Shown: positions 1 through 10,878, counted from the stretch's first letter. The stretch is 64,000 nt of DNA from an uncultured Pseudomonadota bacterium (GCA_963822705.1 CAWGIX010000006.1:109567-173566), one strand, 5' to 3'. Numbers and translations: made by a program. Notes: a model not told the origin generated them from the sequence alone.

Positions 1-918
<918 letters not shown>

Positions 919-959
919 GCGCGTCGCTTCCCGTGAACCGGAGAGGGCTTTGCTTGCCC

Positions 960-1850
960 TCAATCCAAGGCCAGCGTTCCCTCCATTACCGAAACGCATC
1001 GTCCGCCGACCCGCACCGCGCCAACCTGTCCGCCGCGCTTTTCCGCGCGCGAAAAAAGCAGGCTCGGCCGGCCCATGTCTTCGCCCTGGGCCACCCGGAG
1101 CGATACGTCCGCGTCCTGTTCCGGTGCCAGATGCGCCAGCAGGGCCGCCAACGCCGCGTTGGCGCTTCCGGTCGCGGAGTCTTCGCCGATGCCGTCCAGC
1201 GGGGAAAACATGCGGGCATGCAGGTCACACGCTTCGCCATCGCCGCACGTGTACAGCAGCACGGCATCCGCGCCGCCGCGTGGCAGCGTTTTGCGGAACG
1301 CGGCGATGTCGGGGGTTGCGCGGAAAAGAGCATCGCGGCTGGCCAGTTCCGCGATCACGAACGGCAGCCCGACAGAGGCGACGCAGGGTGCGTGCCGCTC
1401 ACTTCGGATATCGGATTCCTGCAGCGACACGGTGGCCGCAATAGACGCGGCGTTCGGCGCTGGAGCTACGGTGAGCGGCTGGGGCGCGCGCAGTTCCGCA
1501 CCGATGACCGTGGCACCCTCACGCAAGAGATCGACGGGCACCAGACCGGCGCCTTCCTCGAACCGCGCTTGCTCTCGCACCATTCCCAGTTGCGCCAGCG
1601 CGAAAGCGGTGCCGACATTCGGATGGCCGGCAAATGGTAGTTCGCGGCCGGGCGTAAAGATGCGGACCTGGGCGGTGTTGGCCGCATCGGCCGGCGGAAG
1701 CACAAATGTCGTCTCGGCGTAATTGAACTCCCGCGCGATTGACTGCATCTGCGCCGGCGTCAGTCCTTCCGCATCGAGCACGACCGCCAGCGGATTGCCG
1801 CCGAACATCTTGGCCGTGAACACATCTACGGTTACGAAACGGCGAGGCAT
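960..1850 (-). CDS. PhzF-family isomerase
   Basis: 296-aa ORF with 'VDVFTAKMFGGNPLAVV', 'ETTFVLPP' and 'RIFTPGRELPFAGHP', typical of PhzF/YddE proteins. Confidence 0.85.
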   Translation of the reverse strand: MPRRFVTVDVFTAKMFGGNPLAVVLDAEGLTPAQMQSIAREFNYAETTFVLPPADAANTAQVRIFTPGRELPFAGHPNVGTAFALAQLGMVREQARFEEGAGLVPVDLLREGATVIGAELRAPQPLTVAPAPNAASIAATVSLQESDIRSERHAPCVASVGLPFVIAELASRDALFRATPDIAAFRKTLPRGGADAVLLYTCGDGEACDLHARMFSPLDGIGEDSATGSANAALAALLAHLAPEQDADVSLRVAQGEDMGRPSLLFSRAEKRGGQVGAVRVGGRCVSVMEGTLALD

Positions 1851-1877
1851 GGTCCGACCGTAACGGCGAACGAAAGA

Positions 1878-1934
1878 GGCGGAATGGCTTCCCCCCTACG
1901 AGCACCACTTGGGTGGGGCGGAAGCCATTCCGCC
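1878..1934 (-). terminator. Long stem-loop immediately 3' of ilvD (15-bp perfect stem, extendable)
   Basis: GGCGGAATGGCTTCC (1878-1892) pairs perfectly with GGAAGCCATTCCGCC (1920-1934). Further C/G pairs lie inside the loop. It ends 3 nt from the ilvD stop. Confidence 0.5.
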
Positions 1935-1936
1935 GC

Positions 1937-3769
1937 TTACGGCACCAATCGAACAGCGCCGCGGTCCGCGCTGGTCACGAACGTCGCATAGGCGCGCAAA
2001 GCTGCGGACACAGCGCGCCGGCGCGGCACGGCAGGCTGCCAGCCCTGCTTATCCTGCTCGGCATGCCGCCGCCGCAACTCCGATTCGTCCACGGCCAGGG
2101 TAATGGAGCGCGCAGGAATATCGATCTCGATCCGATCGCCGTCGCGCACCAGCCCGATCAGGCCGCCCGATGCCGCCTCGGGCGACACGTGGCCGATCGA
2201 CAGGCCGGACGTGCCGCCGGAAAACCGTCCGTCGGTGACCAGGGCGCAGTCCTTCCCAAGCTTTTTCGCCTTGATATAGCTGGTCGGGTACAGCATTTCC
2301 TGCATCCCCGGCCCGCCCTTCGGCCCCTCGTAGCGGATTACCACCACATCGCCCGCCCCGACCGCGCCGCCCAAAATGCCGTCGACCGCAGAATCCTGGC
2401 TCTCGAACACTCTTGCCGGTCCATGGAATTTCAGAATGCTGGCGTCCACGCCCGCGGTTTTGACGATGCAGCCATCCGGCGCCAAGTTGCCGTGCAGCAC
2501 GGCCAAGCCACCGTCGCGGGAAAACGCGTGCTCCGCATCGCGAATCACGCCGCGCGCACGGTCGGTATCCAAAACGTCCCAGCGCGAGGACTGGCTGAAC
2601 GCGGTCTGCGTCGGCACACCGCCCGGTCCCGCACGGTAGAAATTCTGCACGCTCTCGCCGGCGCCGTTGGCCACGTCCCAGCGGCCGAGCGCAGCGGCCA
2701 ACGTTTCGCTGTGCACGGTCGGCACATCGGCATGCAAAAGTCCGGCCCGATCCAATTCGCCCAAAATGCCGAAAACGCCGCCGGCGCGATGCACGTCCTC
2801 CACGTGCACGTCGGCAACCGCCGGTGCGACTTTGCACAGCACCGGCACGCGCCGCGACAGGCGGTCGATATCGGCCATGGTGAACGCCACCCCGGCCTCG
2901 TGCGCGGCGGCGAGCAGGTGCAGCACCGTATTGGTCGAGCCGCCCATCGCAATGTCCAGCGTCATTGCGTTCTCGAACGCGGCAAACGTCGCCACCCCGC
3001 GCGGCAGCACGGAAGCGTCCTCTTGCTCGTACCAGCGCTGGCACAGATCGACCACCAGCCGCCCCGCCTCCTCGAATAGCCGCCGGCGATCCGAGTGGGT
3101 GGCCAGCGTGGTGCCGTTGCCGGGTAACGACAGACCGAGTGCCTCGGTCAGGCAGTTCATGGAATTGGCGGTGAACATGCCGGAGCACGAGCCGCAGGTC
3201 GGACAGGCGGAGCGCTCGATCACCGCCACGTCCTGCTCGCTGACGGAATTGTCGGCGGCGGCCACCATGGCGTCGATCAGGTCGATCTTTCGCGAAATGC
3301 CCGAAACGTTGGCCTTGCCCGCCTCCATCGGTCCGCCCGAGACGAACACGGCCGGAATGTTCAGCCGCATGGCCGCGATCAGCATGCCCGGCGTGATCTT
3401 GTCGCAGTTGGAGATGCACACCATGGCGTCGGCGCAGTGCGCGTTGACCATGTATTCCACGCTGTCGGCAATCAGTTCGCGCGACGGCAGGCTGTACAGC
3501 ATGCCGTCATGGCCCATGGCGATGCCGTCATCCACCGCGATGGTGGAAAACTCCTTTGCCACCCCGCCCGCCGCCTCGATTTCCCGCGCCACGAGTTGGC
3601 CCAGATCCTTGAGGTGCACATGGCCGGGCACGAATTGCGTGAACGAGTTGACCACGGCGACGATCGGCTTGCCGAAGTCGCCGTCCTTCATGCCGGTGGC
3701 ACGCCACAGGCCGCGCGCGCCCGCCATGTTGCGGCCGTGCGTGGTGGTGCGGGAGCGCAGGGCAGGCAT
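1937..3769 (-). CDS. ilvD: Dihydroxy-acid dehydratase
   Basis: From internal ATG '[26 protein letters not shown]...' of ORF 1937..3997; 610 aa. Has 'CDKITPGM' and '[16 protein letters not shown]' Fe-S motifs. Confidence 0.94.
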   Translation of the reverse strand: MPALRSRTTTHGRNMAGARGLWRATGMKDGDFGKPIVAVVNSFTQFVPGHVHLKDLGQLVAREIEAAGGVAKEFSTIAVDDGIAMGHDGMLYSLPSRELIADSVEYMVNAHCADAMVCISNCDKITPGMLIAAMRLNIPAVFVSGGPMEAGKANVSGISRKIDLIDAMVAAADNSVSEQDVAVIERSACPTCGSCSGMFTANSMNCLTEALGLSLPGNGTTLATHSDRRRLFEEAGRLVVDLCQRWYEQEDASVLPRGVATFAAFENAMTLDIAMGGSTNTVLHLLAAAHEAGVAFTMADIDRLSRRVPVLCKVAPAVADVHVEDVHRAGGVFGILGELDRAGLLHADVPTVHSETLAAALGRWDVANGAGESVQNFYRAGPGGVPTQTAFSQSSRWDVLDTDRARGVIRDAEHAFSRDGGLAVLHGNLAPDGCIVKTAGVDASILKFHGPARVFESQDSAVDGILGGAVGAGDVVVIRYEGPKGGPGMQEMLYPTSYIKAKKLGKDCALVTDGRFSGGTSGLSIGHVSPEAASGGLIGLVRDGDRIEIDIPARSITLAVDESELRRRHAEQDKQGWQPAVPRRRAVSAALRAYATFVTSADRGAVRLVP

Positions 3770-3828
3770 GGCCAACTTCCTTTGTTCGTTTACGCCCGAT
3801 CCTGCCACGACGGCCAAAAAACCGCCAC

Positions 3829-4338
3829 TCAGTGCACGCGGTGCAGCCAGTGCATCAGTGCCGCACCCGGTCCCAGCACCGCGGCTGCCCACAGAAACGC
3901 GGACGGCCAGTTGGCCAGCTGGAACAGCCGCAGACGCATGCCCAGCACGCCGCACAGCAGCGGCACGGTCGCGCGCAGCGGCTCGAAAAACCGGCACAGC
4001 ACGACGCTCAGCGCGCCCCAGCGCTGAATGAACCGCTGGGCCCGGGGCAGCAGGTCGGGCCGGCGGGTGAACGGCCAGATCCGATGCGTGCGGCCCTTCA
4101 GGCGGCTGCCGATCCAGAAACTGAGGGAGTCGGCCAGCGCGGCGCCGACCGAGACGGCGATCCAGACCGGCAGGAACGGGATGTGGGAGGCGCCCATCAC
4201 GCCGCCAAAAGCGATCAGGATGGTGGTCCCGGGGATCACCAGCGACACCAGCGCCAGCGATTTTATGAAGGTGAACACAAAGGCAATCGGCGCCGCCCAG
4301 GCCACGTGCGCCTGTATGAAGGCAATGAAATGATGCAT
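3829..4338 (-). CDS. DedA/SNARE-associated family membrane protein
   Basis: 169-aa hydrophobic ORF with '[22 protein letters not shown]' and '[15 protein letters not shown]'. Confidence 0.8.
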   Translation of the reverse strand: MHHFIAFIQAHVAWAAPIAFVFTFIKSLALVSLVIPGTTILIAFGGVMGASHIPFLPVWIAVSVGAALADSLSFWIGSRLKGRTHRIWPFTRRPDLLPRAQRFIQRWGALSVVLCRFFEPLRATVPLLCGVLGMRLRLFQLANWPSAFLWAAAVLGPGAALMHWLHRVH

Positions 4339-4342
4339 GACG

Positions 4343-4618
4343 TCAGGCGGTGGGCATGCGCACGAAGCCGGGCCGCTCCGCCGGCTCGGCCAGATGTTCG
4401 GTGATCGCCTCGATCACGGCGAGCGGGGGACCGCTGCGGCAGGCGCGCAAGAGTTCCTCGACGGCCGCTTCGTCGCCGTCGATCAGCGCTTCCACGCTGC
4501 CGTCGCGCAGGTTGCGCACCCAGCCGTTCGCGCCGAGCCGTCGCGCTTCGGCGACCAGCCAGTCGCGAAAACCCACGCCGTGAACCCGACCCGTGACGAC
4601 GATCCGGCGCGCCGTCAT
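4343..4618 (-). CDS. acyP: Acylphosphatase
   Basis: 'VTGRVHGVGFRDW...GWVRNLRDGSVEA' signature. The ATG at 4618 overlaps the ATP12 stop (ATGA). Confidence 0.85.
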   Translation of the reverse strand: MTARRIVVTGRVHGVGFRDWLVAEARRLGANGWVRNLRDGSVEALIDGDEAAVEELLRACRSGPPLAVIEAITEHLAEPAERPGFVRMPTA

Positions 4619-5322
4619 CCGCCGACGAGGGACATGAAACGCCCTGCCATCTCCACCTCGGCGCGGATCCGCGCCCGCCGGGCGCTGGCCTCCGCATCCT
4701 CCCCCCAAAGCTCGGCCTGGAATTTTTCGTCCAGCACGGAGAGTTCATACCCCTCGCCCGCGTCCAGCGCGAATTTCGCCACTGCGAGCCCCAGGACGAG
4801 GCTGCCCAGCGCGGGGACGGCGACCGCCAACCCGGCCAAGCGCCATGCGGGTTGCGCCGCCACGGCGGCGGCCAGCGCCGCCAATGCCTCTGGCGGCTGG
4901 GCGACGTGCACCACGCCCGAGGTGGCGCGCAGCCGAGCCCCAAAAGTTCGCGCCGCCCAGTCGAGCCAGGGCTGCCACAGCTCGGCCTGGCGCCGCACCA
5001 GCGCCTCGGGCTGCTCGGCCCGGTAGCACAGCAGGTCGCTCTCGCCGTAGCGGGAGATGGCCAGCGCCACCGGTTCGGGATTCGGCGCGACCCGTTCCTG
5101 GGCGGTGCCGGCCAGCCGGGTCAGCGGCAGATCGGCGAAACTGGTCTCGCCGCCCTTGTCGCTTCCTGCCGTCTGCCATTCCGCGGCGACTTCCTGCGCG
5201 AGCCTGTGGCTGGGCGATACCAGGGTTGCGCCGCCGGGCAGGCGCAGCGGCTTGCCGTCGAGCAGCACGGACCATCCCTCATCGGTTGCGGCAGCCTCCG
5301 CCCGATCCCAGAACCGCTTCAT
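4615..5322 (-). CDS. ATP12-family F1-ATPase assembly chaperone
   Basis: Starts at internal ATG 'MKRFWDRAEA..'. Has 'LDGKPLRLPGG', 'LPLTRLAGTAQERV' and 'SDLLCYRAEQP'. 235 aa. Confidence 0.8.
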   Translation of the reverse strand: MKRFWDRAEAAATDEGWSVLLDGKPLRLPGGATLVSPSHRLAQEVAAEWQTAGSDKGGETSFADLPLTRLAGTAQERVAPNPEPVALAISRYGESDLLCYRAEQPEALVRRQAELWQPWLDWAARTFGARLRATSGVVHVAQPPEALAALAAAVAAQPAWRLAGLAVAVPALGSLVLGLAVAKFALDAGEGYELSVLDEKFQAELWGEDAEASARRARIRAEVEMAGRFMSLVGG

Positions 5323-7165
5323 CGCCGCAGGCGACGCAGCAGCTCCGCCGGCTTGGGCAGTTTCGTGAACGGGGACGGCGCTGAGGCCGGCTCGGCACAG
5401 CCGGACGGTCCGGTTTGCACCGCGGTGGCCGCCAGCGTCCCCCCGTGTCGGACGCGACATGCGGCGCGCGCAGCGACCCGTCGACACGGACGGGTACCAC
5501 CAGGCCGGGGCCGGCCCGCAGCAGCGGGCGCAGCCGCAGGGCCAAGGTTTGCCCCCCCAGGTCGATCGTGCCGGCGCCTTCGATCCGCACCAGCTCGGCA
5601 TCGGCCACCATTGGCGCCAGGGCCAGGACGCCCCGTTGCGCGTCGAAACCGAGACCCAGGCAGCGCACCCGGATGCGGGGGCCGAGCACGGCGGGAGGCA
5701 GCGGCAAGTGCGCCGCGCGCAGCACGGAGGCGAACAGGGCGCTGTCGATCTCGGCGTTGTCGGCGTGTACCAGGGCGTGTCCGTCGAGGCTGGCGGCCAG
5801 CTGGTCCAGGGTGGCGCCGCGTGCGTGCAGGTCGGCATTCACCATGGCCTCGCCGCTGGCCAGGGAAGGCAGTCCCGCAAGCTCCAGCACGGTCTGCAAC
5901 GGCACGGACGGGGCATTCAACGTCAGGCCGGCCGGGGTCAGGCCGGCCGGGTCGGCTCCGCCCATCCGGAACGCAACGGCGATCGGCCGGCCTCCGGGCG
6001 GGGTGATGGTCAAGGGGTCCAGCGTGAGCCGTCCCGCCTGCAGGACGAGGTGGCCCACAACGGCGCCGAGCGGGGTTTTGCCCCAGTCGGCAGCCGCGAC
6101 CGAAAGCTGCAGGTCAGCGTTGAAGCGGTCCGGGAAGGCGAACGGCCGTCCAGACAGCAGCGTCTCTGGCGGGGACGAAGGCGCGGCCGGGGGTGCCGGT
6201 GCCACCGCTGCCTTGCTGGGCGCCTGCGCGTGCAACGCCGCCAGCAGGGCGGCGAGGTTCAAATGTTTTGAGGCCAGCGTTCCACGCACGTCGGCGCGGC
6301 CGCCGTAGGCGATGGTGACGGTGCCGGCGAGATCGCCGGCGTCCGTGTTCAGCGCCAGCCGATCCAGGGCCAGGCGGTTCCCCAGTTCCCGGGCGGGTTC
6401 GGCGACATGCGCCTGGACCTGCAACGCACCCCGCGGCAGGTGCAGCCCAAGCGCGGTGCCGAGGGGCTCGGCATCAGGCGTGGAGAGCGAAAAATCGGCG
6501 TCGAGCGCACGGGCGGGCTCGGCCAGCCGCGCCGATAGTTTGGCGTTCGCCGCGGTGCCGTCCGCGGTCAGCGAGGCATGCGGGTCGCCGGTGATGTGCA
6601 GGTCCAGCGGAACACGCGCATCCCCGATGGAAAACGTTCCCCGGCCGGTCAGATCCACGGCCTGCGGCGTCGACGAACCCGAAACGGCGAGGTCGAGGCC
6701 GAATGGCGACATCCGCCACGACAGGTGGCCGTCGGTGATTTCGATCCGGCCGACCGCGGGCGCGGCCGGATCGGCCGCCGGCACTTCCGCGCCGGACGCG
6801 GCGGCGGCAGGCGCGGCGAGGCGTTTCATTGTGAACGAGGGCAGCCGGTTCGAAACCGCCAGATCGGCGCCGATCAGCCGCAGCATCCGGACCTGGGGAT
6901 GGCGCGAAAACAGCAATTCCGGGGCCATCACCGCCTGCACGCGCGCCACCTTGCCCAAGCCGTCCACGGCGACATCGCGCGCCTGCAGCGCGGGCGGCCA
7001 TGACGGGAGCAGCATGAGCTCGCCCACGTTCACGGGACGCCCGAGCGCACGCTGGGCCGCGAACTCAAGCCGCGGTCGCAGCAGGTTGGGTGCGAGCACG
7101 AGCCCGGTCACCAGCACGACGGCCAGCACCGGCAAGGCGATGACCAGACGGCGCAACCACCTCAT
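5279..7165 (-). CDS. AsmA-family outer-membrane biogenesis protein (C-terminus probably mis-framed after a C6 run at 5439-5444)
   Basis: Start 'MRWLRRLVIALPVLAVVLV' (signal anchor) overlaps the upstream stop (ATGA at 7162-7165). The long repetitive beta-rich body is typical of AsmA. The last ~45 aa are Arg/Pro/Cys-rich junk in the given frame. Confidence 0.75.
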   Translation of the reverse strand: MRWLRRLVIALPVLAVVLVTGLVLAPNLLRPRLEFAAQRALGRPVNVGELMLLPSWPPALQARDVAVDGLGKVARVQAVMAPELLFSRHPQVRMLRLIGADLAVSNRLPSFTMKRLAAPAAAASGAEVPAADPAAPAVGRIEITDGHLSWRMSPFGLDLAVSGSSTPQAVDLTGRGTFSIGDARVPLDLHITGDPHASLTADGTAANAKLSARLAEPARALDADFSLSTPDAEPLGTALGLHLPRGALQVQAHVAEPARELGNRLALDRLALNTDAGDLAGTVTIAYGGRADVRGTLASKHLNLAALLAALHAQAPSKAAVAPAPPAAPSSPPETLLSGRPFAFPDRFNADLQLSVAAADWGKTPLGAVVGHLVLQAGRLTLDPLTITPPGGRPIAVAFRMGGADPAGLTPAGLTLNAPSVPLQTVLELAGLPSLASGEAMVNADLHARGATLDQLAASLDGHALVHADNAEIDSALFASVLRAAHLPLPPAVLGPRIRVRCLGLGFDAQRGVLALAPMVADAELVRIEGAGTIDLGGQTLALRLRPLLRAGPGLVVPVRVDGSLRAPHVASDTGGRWRPPRCKPDRPAVPSRPQRRPRSRNCPSRRSCCVACGDEAVLGSGGGCRNR

Positions 7166-8152
7166 CGCCGCCGCTCCGGAGCGGCCGGCGCGGGTGCCGT
7201 GAAACCGAGGGTGGCAAAGGTGGCCGCCATGTGCGCCGGCAGCGGTGCCTCGACCGCCAGCGTGCCGCCCGCCGGGTGCGGCAGCACGATGCGGCGGGCC
7301 AGCAGATGCAACGTGTCGGCGAACCCGTCCACCAGCGCCGTGTTTCTGCCCTCGCGCTCGGTCCCGTAGGGCGCGTCGCCCAGGATCGGCGCGCCGATGG
7401 CGGCACAATGGACGCGCAGCTGATGCGTCCGGCCGGTCAGCGGGCGCAACTCCAGCCAGGCCAGCTTTCGCCCTGCGTGGTCCAGAGTTTTGTAATCGGT
7501 GATGCTGTGCGCGGTGTGCTCGTCGTACGGTCCGGCGACCGCGGCGCGCTCGCCGCGAAATCCGTCGATGCGTACCAGGTCGCGTTCGATCCGGCCCGCT
7601 ACCGGAACGGGACGGCCGGCAACCACGGCCCAGTACACCTTTTCCACCACGCGGGTACGCAATGCGGCGGCGAGCTTTGCCGCGACCCCCGGCGTGCGTG
7701 CCACCACCAGCACGCCCGAGGTTTCCCGGTCCAGCCGATGCACCAGCCGCGGCCGGTCGGCGGCGCCGTCGCGCAAGCCATCCAGCATCGCGTCCAGGTG
7801 GCGCTTTATGCCGGGGCCGCCCTGCGTGGGCAGGCCGGGCGGCTTGTTCAGCACGAACAGCTGATCGTCCCGGTAGAGCACCATGCCGGCCACCTCGGCC
7901 GCTGCGGCCGGGTCCGGCGCGGCGGGTGCAGGGTGCGGTGCGGCCGGGGCCGGCAGTGGCGGGACGCGTACCGACTGGCCGGGTACCAGGCGCGTGTCGG
8001 CAGCCGCGCGCCGCCCGTCCACCCGGATCTGGCCGGTGCGGCACAGCCGCTGCACCACGCCCTGCGTCGCCTGGGGGAAAATGTCGGCGGAACCAGCGAT
8101 CGAGCCGGATTTCCGCCTCGTCGCCGCTGACCGCGCGGGTCTCGATGGTCAT
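7162..8152 (-). pseudogene. RluA-family 23S rRNA pseudouridine synthase with S4 domain; frameshift at G5 run 8073-8077
   Basis: 'MTIETRAVSGDEAEIRLDRWFRRHFP' (ATG 8152, ATGA overlap with the rarA stop) is in one frame. 'QRLCRTGQIRVDG...HRLDRETSGVLVVART...' (ORF 7162..8058) is in another. Confidence 0.78.
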
Positions 8153-9432
8153 GACGCCAGTTCGGCGCGCAGTTTGGCCCAATACGCAAGGCGCTTGTTC
8201 ACCTCGCGCTCAAAGCCGCGGTCGGGAGGGGTGTAGAAGGTCTGGCGCGCCATGCCGTCCGGAAAATAGTTTTTTCCCGAAAACGCTGCTTCGGTATCGT
8301 GGTCGTAGGCGTAGCCGGCGCCGTAGCCGAGTTGCTTCATGAGTTTCGTGGGTGCGTTGAGGATATGGGCCGGTGGCATCAGGCTGCCGGTCTTTTGGGC
8401 GGCGCCCTTGGCCGCCGAAAACGCCACGTAGGCGGCGTTGGATTTCGGGGCGGTGGCCAGATACAGCACCGCCTGGGCCAAGGCCAGTTCTCCTTCGGGT
8501 GTGCCCAGCCGTTCATAGGCTTCCCATGCCGCGAGCGTCTGAGACAGCGCCTGCGGGTCGGCCAGCCCCACGTCCTCGGTCGCAAAGCGCGTCATGCGGC
8601 GCGCCACGTAGCGCGGATCCTCGCCGCCTGCCAGCATGCGGGCGAACCAGTACAGCGCCGCGTCCGGGTCCGAGCCGCGCAACGATTTGTGCAAGGCCGA
8701 AATCAGATTGTAGTGTTCCTCGCGATCCTTGTCGTACAGCGCCGCCCGCCTCGCCAGCAGCTCGGTCAGTGCCGCCGTGTCGAGCGGGGGCGTGTCGGAC
8801 GGCAGCGCCGCAAGCTGCTCGGCCATGTTGAGCACGTAACGGCCATCACCGTCGGCCATGGCGCGCAGCAATTCCCGCGCCTGGGCCGAGAGCGGGAGCG
8901 CCCGGCCGATGGAGGCTTCGGCGCGGGAAAGAATGGTTTCGAGCGCGGCATCGTCAAGCCGGCGCAGCACCAGCACCTGGCAACGCGACAGCAAGGCGCC
9001 GTTCAGCGCGAAGGATGGGTTCTCGGTGGTGGCGCCGACCAGCACCACCACGCCGGTTTCGACCGCGGGCAGAAAACCGTCCTGCTGGGCGCGGTTGAAG
9101 CGGTGGATCTCGTCCACGAACATGAGCGTGCCTTGCCCGGATTCGCGCCGGCGCGCCGCTTCCTCGAAAGCTTTGCGCAAGTCGGCGACGCCCGAGAACA
9201 CCGCTGAGAGCTGGACAAATCGTAATCCCCAGTCGTCCGCCAGCAGCCGCGCGATCGTGGTCTTGCCGACGCCGGGCGGACCCCACAGGATCAGCGAGGC
9301 CAGCGACCCGCGGTGCAGCATGCGCGTGATCGCGCCTTGTGGCCCGGTCAGGTGCTCCTGGCCGACAATGTCCGCAAGGTTTTGTGGACGAAGCCGGTCG
9401 GCAAGCGGCGCATTGAGCGGTGTTTTCGCCAC
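8149..9432 (-). CDS. rarA: Replication-associated recombination protein A (AAA+ ATPase)
   Basis: 'RPQNLADIVGQEHL', Walker A 'GPPGVGKTT', 'LMFVDEIHRFN'. Likely GTG start at 9432 ('VAKTPLNAPL') preceded by GAGGAG; the ORF is open to 9624. Confidence 0.87.
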   Translation of the reverse strand: MAKTPLNAPLADRLRPQNLADIVGQEHLTGPQGAITRMLHRGSLASLILWGPPGVGKTTIARLLADDWGLRFVQLSAVFSGVADLRKAFEEAARRRESGQGTLMFVDEIHRFNRAQQDGFLPAVETGVVVLVGATTENPSFALNGALLSRCQVLVLRRLDDAALETILSRAEASIGRALPLSAQARELLRAMADGDGRYVLNMAEQLAALPSDTPPLDTAALTELLARRAALYDKDREEHYNLISALHKSLRGSDPDAALYWFARMLAGGEDPRYVARRMTRFATEDVGLADPQALSQTLAAWEAYERLGTPEGELALAQAVLYLATAPKSNAAYVAFSAAKGAAQKTGSLMPPAHILNAPTKLMKQLGYGAGYAYDHDTEAAFSGKNYFPDGMARQTFYTPPDRGFEREVNKRLAYWAKLRAELAS

Positions 9433-9548
9433 ATACTCCTCACGCGCCGAGTCAGCACGCGGACCGCTGCTTGGCAACGCCGGCGACGGTAACCTGGCTA
9501 TCGTTCTGATATCGTAACTATATAGGCGTGCGTGGGCAGGCGGCCCAG

Positions 9549-10240
9549 TCAGGTAGGTTTTCGGATCGGCCCGGGAAACCAGAAACCGCCCCACTTCCTC
9601 CACTCCGTGCCGGGGTAGGTCCACTTCGGTTTTCGCGTGCGCGCCTCGGTGCGGAGCGGACGCTTTCGGAACGGCTTTTCGGCCGGTTCGGTTGGGACCG
9701 GTGCGGCGGGGTCAGGTTCGGGAGGGGGCGGCTTGACCCGGGGCGGCCGGGGCGGCGGCGGCGGCAACAGGGCGGGGTCGGGCTTTCGTCCCAGCCTCCG
9801 ATACAGCGGCCGCAGGATGCGCCCCACCTGCGGCGCGTCCCGGAGCAGGGCCTGCATCTCGGGGTCTTTCAGCAGATAGTCGAGCTGGTTGGCGCAGCCC
9901 GTCGCCTCCACCCCCAGCAATCGCACCACCCAGAGGAACTGCCGCGGCATCTCGGGCTGGCGCGGCCGGGGCGGGTGGGGAGTTGGCTCGGGGGCTGGCC
10001 CGGGGCTGGTCTGGGGGCGCGGGGGCGAGGCGGCGGCAGCGGACCCGCCTTGGCCCGCTGCGCCAGGGCCACGAACCTCCTGATGGTGTTGTGCAGCCAG
10101 GCCTGCAGCAGGGTCAGCTTCGGCACCGTCGCCGGATCGGCGCGCATCCGCATCCCGGCCGCCCCGGACAGGTCGCGGATGATGGCGGCGAACCGCCAGG
10201 CGGTGCTGGGTATGTGTTTGGGGCGGGAGGATTCGGACAT
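9549..10240 (-). pseudogene. Conserved hypothetical protein with central Pro-rich linker; apparent frameshift within about 9950-10010
   Basis: N-terminal part 'MSESSRPKHIPSTAWRFAAIIRDL...TIRRFVALAQRA' (frame of ORF 9869..10279). C-terminal part 'MPRQFLWVVRLLGVEATGCANQLDYLLKDPEMQALLRDAPQVGRILRPLYRRLG' (frame of ORF 9549..10286). Confidence 0.4.
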
Positions 10241-10360
10241 CGCGGCCCGCACTGTCGCACGAAGCGCCGGGTGTGTCAAGTGTCACTTTACGTAAAAGTT
10301 AGTTCACCTTGCTTCGGCTGGCCGTGCCATGTCGGCGGTATATTTCACCTGTGCCCGCCG

Positions 10361-10385
10361 CCCTCACCCCAGGCCGGGGTGAGGG
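10361..10385 (-). terminator. Stem-loop 3' of the DUF6481-like gene
   Basis: CCCTCACCCC-AGGCC-GGGGTGAGGG: perfect 10-bp stem, 5-nt loop, about 70 nt downstream of the stop at 10455. Confidence 0.55.
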
Positions 10386-10454
10386 TCTTCGGTGGTCTGA
10401 CTTCTGGGCCGCTGGTCACACGAGGCACGCGCGGCGCGCTCAGCGACGGCGCGC

Positions 10455-10823
10455 TCAGCGACGGCGGGCGCGGCGGGCGGCGTAGCGGGCATCGCGCGCC
10501 GCTTTCTGCTCGGCGGCGAGGGCTGCGGCGCGCGCGGCCTTCTCGGCTGCCGCGGCGGCTTGCCGCTCAACCTCGCCCTCCTGGACACGCAGTTGGGCCA
10601 GTCGCTCAGCCTCCTGCCTGCGCGCCTCCGCCTCGCGGGCGGCCTTGCGCTCCGCGCGGCGAGCGTCACGTTCGCGGACGATGGCCGCCTGGGCCGCCTG
10701 CCGCTCGAGCACCTCCGGATCGTCAGGCGCGGGCCTGAGGCGAAACTTCTCCAGGGCAGCGGTTTTCGCCTTCGATGCGGCGGTCAGCCGCTCGTTGAAG
10801 TCGATGTTCTTGAAGTTGCTCAT
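10455..10823 (-). CDS. DUF6481-like charged coiled-coil protein
   Basis: 122-aa ORF 'MSNFKNIDFNERLTAASKAKTAALEKFR...' followed by an Ala/Glu/Arg-rich helix. Confidence 0.72.
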   Translation of the reverse strand: MSNFKNIDFNERLTAASKAKTAALEKFRLRPAPDDPEVLERQAAQAAIVRERDARRAERKAAREAEARRQEAERLAQLRVQEGEVERQAAAAAEKAARAAALAAEQKAARDARYAARRARRR

Positions 10824-10878
10824 GACGTGTTTCTACAGTTACTCCTCGTGCGCACATATCTCGTCGGGGCCGGCGGCT

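Noticed and set aside
943-961. A bidirectional terminator hairpin GAGGGC-N7-GCCCTC between lpdA and the PhzF-family gene.
   Set aside because: The stem is only 6 bp and it overlaps the PhzF-family stop codon. This is too weak to list as a feature.
5279-8182. The 967-aa ORF taken as one giant protein.
   Set aside because: It is a composite. The first about 340 codons are the out-of-frame shadow of the RluA-family gene plus its true N-terminus. AsmA proper starts at ATG 7165, which overlaps the synthase stop.
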